NCBI GenBank assembly: GCA_023136205.1
Contig: JAGLRQ010000077.1
Location: 1 to 28,173, forward strand
Direction: 5' to 3'
Origin: Candidatus Auribacterota bacterium
Lineage (GTDB): Bacteria; Auribacterota; UBA6266
DNA: 28,173 bases
Of this stretch, positions 7,417 through 14,628 are shown piece by piece. The notes beneath the pieces are model-generated. The model saw nothing but the letters and a program-made list of their open reading frames with translations, was not told the origin of the DNA and did no database searches. The number at the start of each line of letters is the position of its first letter. Position 1 is the first letter of the stretch. The position numbers and the translations under genes were made by a program.

Positions 7417-7435
7417 AATGTTGACTCCTTTCTAA

Positions 7436-7822
7436 GAAAAATGGGACAGTCCACGCGCTTGCTATGCTCGCTTGGGACAGTCCCTCTTTTTCTCTCTCCT
7501 ATTGAATAAGTACGCCTTTTTGGCGGTTTTGGGGTCTACGCTTAAGGATTTTGCCTATATCGGTATCCGACATGCCTAATAGATGTAATTCTGTGGCTTT
7601 TTGGGCTAACTTCTGGTATATATGAGGACACTCTACAGGTAGTATTTTGATATGGGCATGGATTTCAGCAATGGTTCGAATTGGTAGTGACCGGGTCCAC
7701 CATTCCGCCTTCGCTAGGAATTGGGTGTTTCATTCCAGAAGCTATGTCGGGCAAGTCCCCAAGAAAATGGGGAAAGTCCCAAGCGAACGCAGTGAGCGGG
7801 TGGACTGTCCCTTTTTTCTTTG
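7436..7822. mobile_element. MITE-like element: ~60-bp inverted copies of the GGGACAGTCC hairpin module flanking a degenerate HTH-encoding ORF
   Basis: The left arm (7436-7495) and the reverse complement of the right arm (7761-7822) are ~80% identical. The interior (7514-7683) is ~90% identical to 17425-17594. On the minus strand it encodes ...YQKLAQKATELHLLGMSDTDIGK... with a 1-nt indel relative to the other copy and no start codon. Confidence 0.45.
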
Positions 7823-7836
7823 TCGTCGAGAAATTT

Positions 7837-7890
7837 AATAGGTGTCTGTCCCTATTTTTTCCCCCTATTTTTTCCCTATTTTTTCCTACT
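7837..7890 (-). repeat. left boundary of the R-M cassette: 18-bp inverted-repeat arm plus CTATTTTTTC-type repeats
   Basis: 7837-7854 AATAGGTGTCTGTCCCTA is the exact reverse complement of 13122-13139 TAGGGACAGACACCTATT. It is followed by TTTTTTCCCCCTATTTTTTCCCTATTTTTTCC. Confidence 0.65.
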
Positions 7891-7998
7891 CATTATTATC
7901 TGGGATATTTAGACCATCAATCTCAAAAGATTCTTCACTTTTGAAAAGTCTAAAATTTTTGATTGTGATTTTTTTAATAAACATATTTTAAGTAAAAA

Positions 7999-9525
7999 TT
8001 ATACAATACTATATAAGGCTTCATTGCTTTCCAAATGCCCTAAAAATTCTTCAATTGTTTTTGGAGAGATGAAAAGATTATCCGTTTGCCTCACATAGTC
8101 AATTTGCTTTACAGAATCACTAAAAATACTTGGTGCAACAAAATAGCACATTGAATTTTTTGCTTTCTTTCCAAATTCTTCCAAATGCCTGCTAATAGGC
8201 CATACTTCCATCATCGTTTGTGTCCGCCCCTCGGACATTGTTACTTCAATCAAAATTCCGTTTACATCCTCAAAACACTCAATATCACCAGTATTGCCAA
8301 CACCTCCCGCTGTTGATGTAGGAATACCCTCATCATCAATAGGATAGTTTGGGATTACTTTCACATCTGGAAATTTTGATTTGACTGCTAATGCAGTCAA
8401 AAACTCAAGTCGTGTTGGATTAGAGAGATATTTTAAAGTCTCATCTTTACTTAATCGTTTATTTGATAAATTCAACATTTCTATTTTTATTTTATCCCAA
8501 GCATAAACACCCACCCACTTTGTTAAGAATTTATCTTGTTCCGAAACAGAAACTGCTTTTGGTACAAATGAAATAAGATTTTTATCAACTATTGAGATGT
8601 ACTCAAAATAACTTTCTTCCGTGTCGTATTTTTTGTATTCAGAATAATTTCCTAAAACATAATCAACTTTTTCTTGCTCGTTTTTGTTTATATCAATAAA
8701 TCGTCCACCACCACGCAAAGAAATAAGCCCAGTTAATCGCATTTTTCTGATAAACTCATCAGGGTAATCAACCAAAATAGACTTATCATCTCTAACGATG
8801 TCTTTACCCTCCATGATTTCATCTCTGCAAATTTCAGCTATGACTTCCCAACTTGGAGAATAGCCAAAATCTTGCCGAAGCTTCTTGATCCTTTGATACA
8901 ACTTTTTTGCATCGTTGTCTTTCCAATAAATTATTAAAGGTAATTCTAGTTTAGAAATTCCTGCATCATTACATTCATCATCTGCGTTGAGCTTAGTAAT
9001 TACTTGAAGCAATAAAACCAGTGGCACATTTTCATTTAAAACTCTGCGAAAAGGACTATTGCTCTGATATTTAACAAAAGCATTCAGGAATGCTTGTTGC
9101 TCAAATTCTGGATGTTCATTATCAACAAGCTTCAATCCTATTTCGGAAAATCGTATTTTCTCCCCCGATTTGTAAAAAACAAAACCTAACTCTTTGGCAA
9201 TTTTGAACCATGTATCAAAACGAGAAGGCCATCCCCAACTAAATCCTGCCTCTTTATGATTTTGTGGATTATCTTCTAAAACTTTGGAAACGTCTTTATC
9301 TGTCAAAGGCTCTTTTGTTTTGATTTTCTTTTTTACACTTATTGACAATCTTGTCGGTCTGTACAGTCCAATTCTAATTATTTCGCCTGCAATTTTTTCT
9401 GCTAATTCGTTATTAAGAATTTGCCCGTCATAATCTTTCAAGATGCCAAGAAACCACTTTAACCGCTCAGGATTTCTAAGTGTTGTGGTAAATAATAATG
9501 GCTTGTATTTTGATTTGTTAGGCAT
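7999..9525 (-). CDS. AlwI/BstNBI/MlyI/PleI-family type IIS restriction (or nicking) endonuclease (508 aa)
   Basis: N-terminal LLFTTTLRNPERLKWFLGILKDYDG resembles the family N-terminus. C-terminal PTSTAGGVGNTGDIECFEDVNGILIEVTMSEGRTQTMMEVWPISRH matches, from my memory of N.BstNBI, P.THAAGNQPDMEIIYEDFIVLGEVTTSKGATQFKMESEPVTRH. Confidence 0.8.
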   Translation of the reverse strand: MPNKSKYKPLLFTTTLRNPERLKWFLGILKDYDGQILNNELAEKIAGEIIRIGLYRPTRLSISVKKKIKTKEPLTDKDVSKVLEDNPQNHKEAGFSWGWPSRFDTWFKIAKELGFVFYKSGEKIRFSEIGLKLVDNEHPEFEQQAFLNAFVKYQSNSPFRRVLNENVPLVLLLQVITKLNADDECNDAGISKLELPLIIYWKDNDAKKLYQRIKKLRQDFGYSPSWEVIAEICRDEIMEGKDIVRDDKSILVDYPDEFIRKMRLTGLISLRGGGRFIDINKNEQEKVDYVLGNYSEYKKYDTEESYFEYISIVDKNLISFVPKAVSVSEQDKFLTKWVGVYAWDKIKIEMLNLSNKRLSKDETLKYLSNPTRLEFLTALAVKSKFPDVKVIPNYPIDDEGIPTSTAGGVGNTGDIECFEDVNGILIEVTMSEGRTQTMMEVWPISRHLEEFGKKAKNSMCYFVAPSIFSDSVKQIDYVRQTDNLFISPKTIEEFLGHLESNEALYSIV

Positions 9526-9529
9526 AATT

Positions 9530-10435
9530 TTAATAGTTAGTAATCAAAACTTCTTTGATTTTTTTCTTTCCGTTATTATGATAACTGATGTAATTACTTT
9601 TAATATTGTGGACTTTATATTTTTTCATCCACTTAATCAATAAGTCATTTTTACTTCCGTTGTAATGAGTTACATTTGACAAAGCAAATTTAACACCTTT
9701 TTTGTTTAATTCATCAATCAAATTAAGTAAATCTGTCTCTGCTTTCTCATTCCATAGTTTATTGTACTCACTTGAAGTAATAATATATGGCGGATCAATA
9801 TAAACAAAGTCATTCTTTGAGTATTCATTTTTCTCAAAGAACTTTCTAAAGTCCTTTATTGTAAATTTAATTTTTTTGTCTATGACAAAATCAAAATAGT
9901 TATTAAGTGCATTTACTACATTCTTATTGAAGTCAACATTCCCAACAGGTAAATTAAATTTACCGCCGCCATTGAATCGTAGCATTCTGTTAAAACCATA
10001 GATTAACAAAATGTATAAAATAAGAGGATCATTTTTTTTGTTTTTATTTACGCAAATTCGCAGTTTCTCATAGCCCTCTTTATTAAACCTTGCGTAATAA
10101 GTTTTTTTAAATTCTTTTTTGAGAGAATCTGGAACGATATCTTTTTTGTATGAGTGAGATAATTTATATTTATGAATAATTTTCTCAACATCTTCAAAAA
10201 AATTCTCTGGATTTTTTGCATTAGAAATCAAAAGCTTGTGTATGTTCACGAGATGTTTGTCTATGTCATTTAAAAAATACTTATTTGCTTTAATATTCAA
10301 AAATACCGTACCTCCTCCCGCAAATGGTTCGTAAAAACTATTTATTTCTTGCGGAAACAAATCTAAAAGTTGTCTCATTAGCCGATATTTATCCCCAACA
10401 TAAAAGAGGGGTGATCTTTTTATTTCTTTATTCAT
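9530..10435 (-). CDS. Dam-family (D12 class) N6-adenine DNA methyltransferase (301 aa)
   Basis: FYVGDKYRL...YEPFAGGGTVFLN (motif I), FVYIDPPY (motif IV) and ALSN, collinear with E. coli Dam. The start overlaps the upstream gene's stop (ATGA at 10432-10435). Confidence 0.9.
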   Translation of the reverse strand: MNKEIKRSPLFYVGDKYRLMRQLLDLFPQEINSFYEPFAGGGTVFLNIKANKYFLNDIDKHLVNIHKLLISNAKNPENFFEDVEKIIHKYKLSHSYKKDIVPDSLKKEFKKTYYARFNKEGYEKLRICVNKNKKNDPLILYILLIYGFNRMLRFNGGGKFNLPVGNVDFNKNVVNALNNYFDFVIDKKIKFTIKDFRKFFEKNEYSKNDFVYIDPPYIITSSEYNKLWNEKAETDLLNLIDELNKKGVKFALSNVTHYNGSKNDLLIKWMKKYKVHNIKSNYISYHNNGKKKIKEVLITNY

Positions 10436-12240
10436 GATTTTGTGTTTGTTACAAATAAGTATTCCTTGTGATTATTAAAATCAGTATTTCCAGCATTAAA
10501 ATGTCTATAATCTTTTTCAAAAACTTTTGTTTTTCCTTTCTTGCTTAAAATTTTCTTGATTTCTTCAAGTGTAATTTTATTTTTTGATGAATTACTTTTT
10601 GATTCATAAGTATTGTTATATGACACCACTAAGTAGTTTGCATTTATATCATTGACTAATTCCGCAAATCTATCTTTTGCACTTACTCGACAATAATCAC
10701 TCATGTTTTCTGGTTCTGGCTTCAACGCTACTCCGTGCAACTCTGGCTTATCCCACTTTGTAAGTGTTTCAAGCACATGATAAAACCTGCTGTATTGCCG
10801 TGAATTATAAGGCGGATCAATATAAACAATATCTGTCTGAATTTGTTTTGCGAACGAATTTGCGTCTTCTCTAAAAATTAACACCTCTTTGGCTTCAATG
10901 GGGTTTATTGGTCGCATAAAAAAGTTATCGTCAACAAATTCTTTTTTGAAATAGGCATCATAATGCCCAACAGTATTTGCAATTTTATCAATGGAATAAA
11001 GCAAAGATGAAATTAACATGCTATATTCTCGCTTAGTAAGATTTTCTCGGTTTTTTTCAATGTTCTCTCGGATAAATCCAATAATTTTTGCTGAATTTTT
11101 TGAGAAATATTTACCACCAAAATTTATTGAAAAATAGTTTTCATCCAAATCTTCTCCGTTGATATTATTATAGTCTCTTATAATAATATTAGTTTTTTCT
11201 TGGTTCCACTTACCATTGTCAAAAAATGCTTTATAAATGGCTTGATTTGAGTGTAGAAAATCATTCAAAATGATTTTGTCAAAATGTTTACTTGCTACAG
11301 CGGCAACAACTCCGGTTCCAGCAAAAATATCTGTAAATGATTTTCCCTCGCATTCTTTATCAAGAATAGAAAAAATCCACTCTATCAGTTTATGTTTATT
11401 GCCAATATATCTACGATTTTGTAATTGAAAATGATTTTTTTTTATTTGCGGAACATGAAAATAAGTTTCTTGAATTTTTTCTGCACTTATCTCATATGCT
11501 GGCTTTTCAATTTCTAGCAAGTCAAAAAGTGTTCCCTGTACTCCCTCTGCAACATAATCAAGATTTTTATTTTTATCTCCTAGTTCTTTAAAAAAACTAT
11601 AGTGCTTATTTCCTGCAACAATAATAAAATCAGTAATCTCTATTCCATTTATTTTTCCTGCATAAGAAATTCTATCTACAATACTTTTATCCTGCTTGCT
11701 AGGATTTGGATTTCCTGTTGGATGATTATGAACTAAAATAATTGAGGAAGCGTTCAGACGAAAAGCAGGTTCAAAAATTTCTCTTGGGTGAAAAAGAGTT
11801 TTATCTACAAGCCCCACACTAATAACCTCTTTTTTAATAAGAACATTTCTTGCATCCAAATATAAACAAACAAGATATTCTTTTTTCTTATCTCTCAAAT
11901 CATAGGTAAGCGATAGAACATCTTGAGATTTTTTTATTGTAATTTCACTTGATTGACCATCTTCATAAAACCTTTTGACTAAAGAAATTGCCGCTGCAAT
12001 TTGCAATGCTTTTGCTGGTCCAATTCCGTCAACGGTCTGCAAATCTTTGACTGTTACATCCAAAAAAGTTTTGCTAAATTTATTAATAATTTGTTGTGCA
12101 AGTTTTTGAACATTTTTTCCTTTTATTCCGCTTCCAAGAACAATTGCCAAAAGATCACTTTTTGAAAGTGCTTGTGGACCTTTTTTGAGAAATTTTTCTC
12201 GCGGTCTATCAACTTTTGGAATATCTTTAATCTTTGTCAT
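10432..12240 (-). CDS. fusion protein: N-terminal RadC-like JAB/MPN domain + C-terminal D12-class N6-adenine DNA methyltransferase (602 aa)
   Basis: Res ~1-220: DRPREKFL, LLAIVLGSG, VDGIGPAKALQI (HhH), HPREIF, LVHNHPTGNPNPSKQD (RadC JAB motif). Res ~270-602: RRYIGNKHKL, DIFAGTGVV (motif I), IVYIDPPYNSRQY (motif IV), VVSYNN. This is a single uninterrupted ORF. Confidence 0.85.
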   Translation of the reverse strand: MTKIKDIPKVDRPREKFLKKGPQALSKSDLLAIVLGSGIKGKNVQKLAQQIINKFSKTFLDVTVKDLQTVDGIGPAKALQIAAAISLVKRFYEDGQSSEITIKKSQDVLSLTYDLRDKKKEYLVCLYLDARNVLIKKEVISVGLVDKTLFHPREIFEPAFRLNASSIILVHNHPTGNPNPSKQDKSIVDRISYAGKINGIEITDFIIVAGNKHYSFFKELGDKNKNLDYVAEGVQGTLFDLLEIEKPAYEISAEKIQETYFHVPQIKKNHFQLQNRRYIGNKHKLIEWIFSILDKECEGKSFTDIFAGTGVVAAVASKHFDKIILNDFLHSNQAIYKAFFDNGKWNQEKTNIIIRDYNNINGEDLDENYFSINFGGKYFSKNSAKIIGFIRENIEKNRENLTKREYSMLISSLLYSIDKIANTVGHYDAYFKKEFVDDNFFMRPINPIEAKEVLIFREDANSFAKQIQTDIVYIDPPYNSRQYSRFYHVLETLTKWDKPELHGVALKPEPENMSDYCRVSAKDRFAELVNDINANYLVVSYNNTYESKSNSSKNKITLEEIKKILSKKGKTKVFEKDYRHFNAGNTDFNNHKEYLFVTNTKS

Positions 12241-12242
12241 AG

Positions 12243-13091
12243 TTATTTTTTATAAATTGCTTCAAGCGTTTTTTTATCTTTTGTTTTCCATTTCTGCCAT
12301 CCACTTGTGGAGTTTCCTAAAATAATATCCGAAGCCGCACTCGGACTGTTAAAAACATAATCTTTTATAAAAATATACAGATTTTCATCTTTTTTTTCTA
12401 AATAACCATTAGAGATTAGTTTATCAACACTTTTCTTGTTCCTTTCTGCAACAGCATTAGAAAATTGAGTTGTAGCCGTTGAATCTTTATACACAACAAA
12501 CCCCTCGTTTATCATTCGTCCAGTTGCTAATGCTTTCTTTCCTCCACAGGTAAACAACGGATTTGAAGTGTCAGTTTGTTCCTTTGATGTAATTTCTTGC
12601 AGAATTGTATATCCAACGGTTGTAAGTAATAATTTTAAATTGTTTAAAAATTCTTCCATTTCAGCAATATCTGCTTCAGACAGAGAGGGTAAGAATGATT
12701 TTGTGCTATTTTCTAAATCAAACCTTTTTACTTGTGAGGCTATTTCTATACATCGACTTTCAAGATATTTAACATGGGCTTTTGTTAAATTGTTGTCTTT
12801 ACTGACAAATGCTATTGCGGTGCGCCAAAAATCTTTTGAACTGTCATGAGTAGTTAATCTATTGCCCAAATTTTCAGCTTCTCCAATATATGCAGTAGAT
12901 AGTAGGGCCTCTTCATTTTCTTTTCCAATCAAAAAATACACTGCTGGTTTGTTGCAATCAGATCGTTGTTTAATATCTTTGAGTTTATTTCTAGGAATAA
13001 CAATTGCTTGGCCAACCCAATTACTTAATTCTGCGGTTTTCAATCCGTTTGGTTCTCCATCAACTAAAAATATTTTTATTGTTTTTGCCAT
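12243..13091 (-). CDS. GIY-YIG nuclease family protein with DUF4357-like C-terminal domain (282 aa)
   Basis: PAVYFLIG...TAYIGEAENLGNRLTTH (GIY...YIG...R...H). C-terminal FVVYKDSTAT...FNSPSAASDIILGNSTSGWQKWK is typical of DUF4357. The stop lies 2 nt before the RadC::MTase start codon. Confidence 0.75.
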   Translation of the reverse strand: MAKTIKIFLVDGEPNGLKTAELSNWVGQAIVIPRNKLKDIKQRSDCNKPAVYFLIGKENEEALLSTAYIGEAENLGNRLTTHDSSKDFWRTAIAFVSKDNNLTKAHVKYLESRCIEIASQVKRFDLENSTKSFLPSLSEADIAEMEEFLNNLKLLLTTVGYTILQEITSKEQTDTSNPLFTCGGKKALATGRMINEGFVVYKDSTATTQFSNAVAERNKKSVDKLISNGYLEKKDENLYIFIKDYVFNSPSAASDIILGNSTSGWQKWKTKDKKTLEAIYKK

Positions 13092-13121
13092 AATTATTTT
13101 TCGTAGGGAATTAGCGGGAAT

Positions 13122-13139
13122 TAGGGACAGACACCTATT
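13122..13139 (+). repeat. right boundary of the R-M cassette: 18-bp inverted-repeat arm TAGGGACAGACACCTATT
   Basis: Exact reverse complement of 7837-7854. Preceded by GGGAATTAG x2. Confidence 0.7.
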
Positions 13140-13141
13140 TC

Positions 13142-13261
13142 CTATTCGCTTCCCTCATCTTTTTCTTCCAAAAACTTATCTTCTTTAATTTTCTTACTTA
13201 CTTTCTCAGCTATTGAATCTGTTGCATCTTCAACAATATCATTCACTGGTTCGAATAACCA
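13142..13261 (-). pseudogene. 3' fragment (39 codons + stop) of a paralogue of the small acidic protein gene at 14273-14434
   Basis: The minus strand reads WLFEPVNDIVEDATDSIAEKVSKKIKEDKFLEEKDEGSE*, versus WLFEPVNDIIEDATDSIAEKVSKKIKEDKLLEEEDEGNE* in the intact copy. There is no start codon, and the fragment abuts the stop of the 13266-14153 gene. Confidence 0.65.
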
Positions 13262-13265
13262 TATC

Positions 13266-14153
13266 TTAGCTCACATAGTCATAAGCTTGTTTTATCAAGC
13301 GCATTGCATAATCCAGCTGGTCAGCAGAATTAATTTTAAAAACCCTGTTTAATTTACCATAACCATATGTTGCAGGTACCGCCTTAGTCAAATTCTGAGA
13401 GTCATCAATTTTTTTATCACCCATTTTAATGAAAATCTTCAAGCCATCCTTTTGTATGTTCGGGCTTACAAAAGTAGAAGTAGTCCTATAATCACAATAC
13501 CATATGCCAACCTTTTCCCAAACATCATCAGAAATTGCCAATATTCTCTCACGCAATTTTTCGAATAAGTCTCTTATTTGTGGCGTAGCCTTGTTCAAAA
13601 GCCCATCCAATGTGTATTCCTTAAGTTTCCTGCCTTTTACAGGCTCTACACCTTCTTTGGTAGCCCGTTTTTGCCTGACAACATTTACATCCTCAACATT
13701 AAACAAGTCACCATAAAAGGAATATTTCTTCAACTCAACAGAAGGAATCATCTGATTAATAGCAGACAACTCCTTTCCATTAAAACTCTTCGCCACAATA
13801 ATGAGCCTCGGTTCAACACCCCAGTTCACTTCAAGCTTGCCCTTAAATTTTTCTTTCACAATAAGATTAATAGTCCGCTTATTTTGCTTAACCCAATTCA
13901 GATAAAAAAGCCCCTGGATTATAGCACTCGAATCCTTAATCCACTTGTACTCAATAACAACAGGCACATTATCTTCATCTATGCCTAAAGTATCTATCCG
14001 GCCATTAGGAATAGGATACTGCCTCTCAAGGAGCTTAATACCAGTCAAATCTTCAAGATTATTCTCCATAAGCTTCTCAAGTTCAGCCTCATACCTAAAC
14101 TCGCGACTATTAACCTTCTCAACCTTACTATCTTTCAATCTGAACAAAGGCAT
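13266..14153 (-). CDS. NucS/DUF91-like PD-(D/E)xK nuclease domain protein with DUF5655-like C-terminal domain (295 aa)
   Basis: NGRIDTLGIDEDNVPVVIEYKW (D...E-x-K) within the N-terminal ~130 aa. The C-terminal WYCDYRTTSTFVS...GLKIFIKMG...INSADQLDYAMRLIKQAYD resembles DUF5655. SD GGGGGTG lies upstream of ATG 14153. Confidence 0.6.
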   Translation of the reverse strand: MPLFRLKDSKVEKVNSREFRYEAELEKLMENNLEDLTGIKLLERQYPIPNGRIDTLGIDEDNVPVVIEYKWIKDSSAIIQGLFYLNWVKQNKRTINLIVKEKFKGKLEVNWGVEPRLIIVAKSFNGKELSAINQMIPSVELKKYSFYGDLFNVEDVNVVRQKRATKEGVEPVKGRKLKEYTLDGLLNKATPQIRDLFEKLRERILAISDDVWEKVGIWYCDYRTTSTFVSPNIQKDGLKIFIKMGDKKIDDSQNLTKAVPATYGYGKLNRVFKINSADQLDYAMRLIKQAYDYVS

Positions 14154-14272
14154 TTCTCACACCCCCTAAATTATATTATTCCTGTTTTCAAAAGAACCAT
14201 CTTTAAATATTGGACCCAGTGTTCCATCAGCATCATAACTAATTTAACTAATTAGTGATAGACACCTATTCC

Positions 14273-14434
14273 CTATTCGTTCCCCTCATCTTCTTCTTCC
14301 AGCAACTTGTCTTCCTTGATTTTCTTACTTACTTTCTCAGCTATCGAGTCGGTTGCATCTTCAATAATATCATTCACCGGTTCAAACAACCAAGTGAAGA
14401 ATCGTTCTATGAGTCCAGGTTTTTTATTGTTCAT
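14273..14434 (-). CDS. small acidic hypothetical protein (53 aa from ATG 14434)
   Basis: MNNKKPGLIERFFTWLFEPVNDIIEDATDSIAEKVSKKIKEDKLLEEEDEGNE, with SD-like GAGGAAGGTG upstream of ATG 14434. The longer track ORF (to 14488) begins inside the repeat module. Confidence 0.5.
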   Translation of the reverse strand: MNNKKPGLIERFFTWLFEPVNDIIEDATDSIAEKVSKKIKEDKLLEEEDEGNE

Positions 14435-14458
14435 AATACATAACACCTTCCTCAAAAA

Positions 14459-14580
14459 CATCTTAACATAAATCCAGCTCTTCTCCATCTTCTAAAATCT
14501 TCGAAGAAAAAAGGGACAGTCCACCCGCTCGCTGCGCTCGCTTGGGACTTTCCCCATTTTCTTCATCCCCCCCCTCCCCG
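14459..14580 (+). repeat. composite intergenic repeat: CATCTTAACATAAATCC module + GGGACAGTCC hairpin module + C-rich tract
   Basis: Nearly identical to 20771-20886. GGGACAGTCC (14513-14522) can pair with GGACTTTCCC (14545-14554), giving 10 bp with one mismatch. Confidence 0.75.
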
Positions 14581-14609
14581 TTGTAATCACTTTTCTTTCA
14601 TGTTAGAAT
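14581..14609 (+). promoter_or_regulatory. sigma70-like promoter TTGTAA-17nt-TAGAAT
   Basis: TTGTAA at 14581-14586, TAGAAT at 14604-14609. The identical arrangement occurs at 20887-20915. Confidence 0.5.
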
Positions 14610-14628
14610 GTTTAAACAAAAGAAGTAA

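Noticed and set aside
7672-7684. tRNA-like T-loop sequence GGTTCGAAT
   Set aside because: The flanking bases do not form a T-stem (AATGG versus TGGTA), and no acceptor or anticodon arms are evident. The sister copy reads GGTTCAAAAT. It lies inside the repeated HTH-remnant segment.
7647-7944. 63-aa and 87-aa + strand ORFs
   Set aside because: They lie across the inverted hairpin module and the T-rich repeat block. The sequence is repeat-derived (for example FFPPIFSLFFP) and has no RBS.
7999-14153. Prophage or integrative element carrying the defence genes
   Set aside because: No integrase, transposase, tRNA attachment site, or structural or replication genes are visible in the window. Only short IR/DR boundaries are present.
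14544-14555. GGGACTTTCC, identical to the eukaryotic NF-kB consensus site
   Set aside because: Coincidental in a bacterial sequence. Here it is simply the 3' arm of the repeat hairpin.
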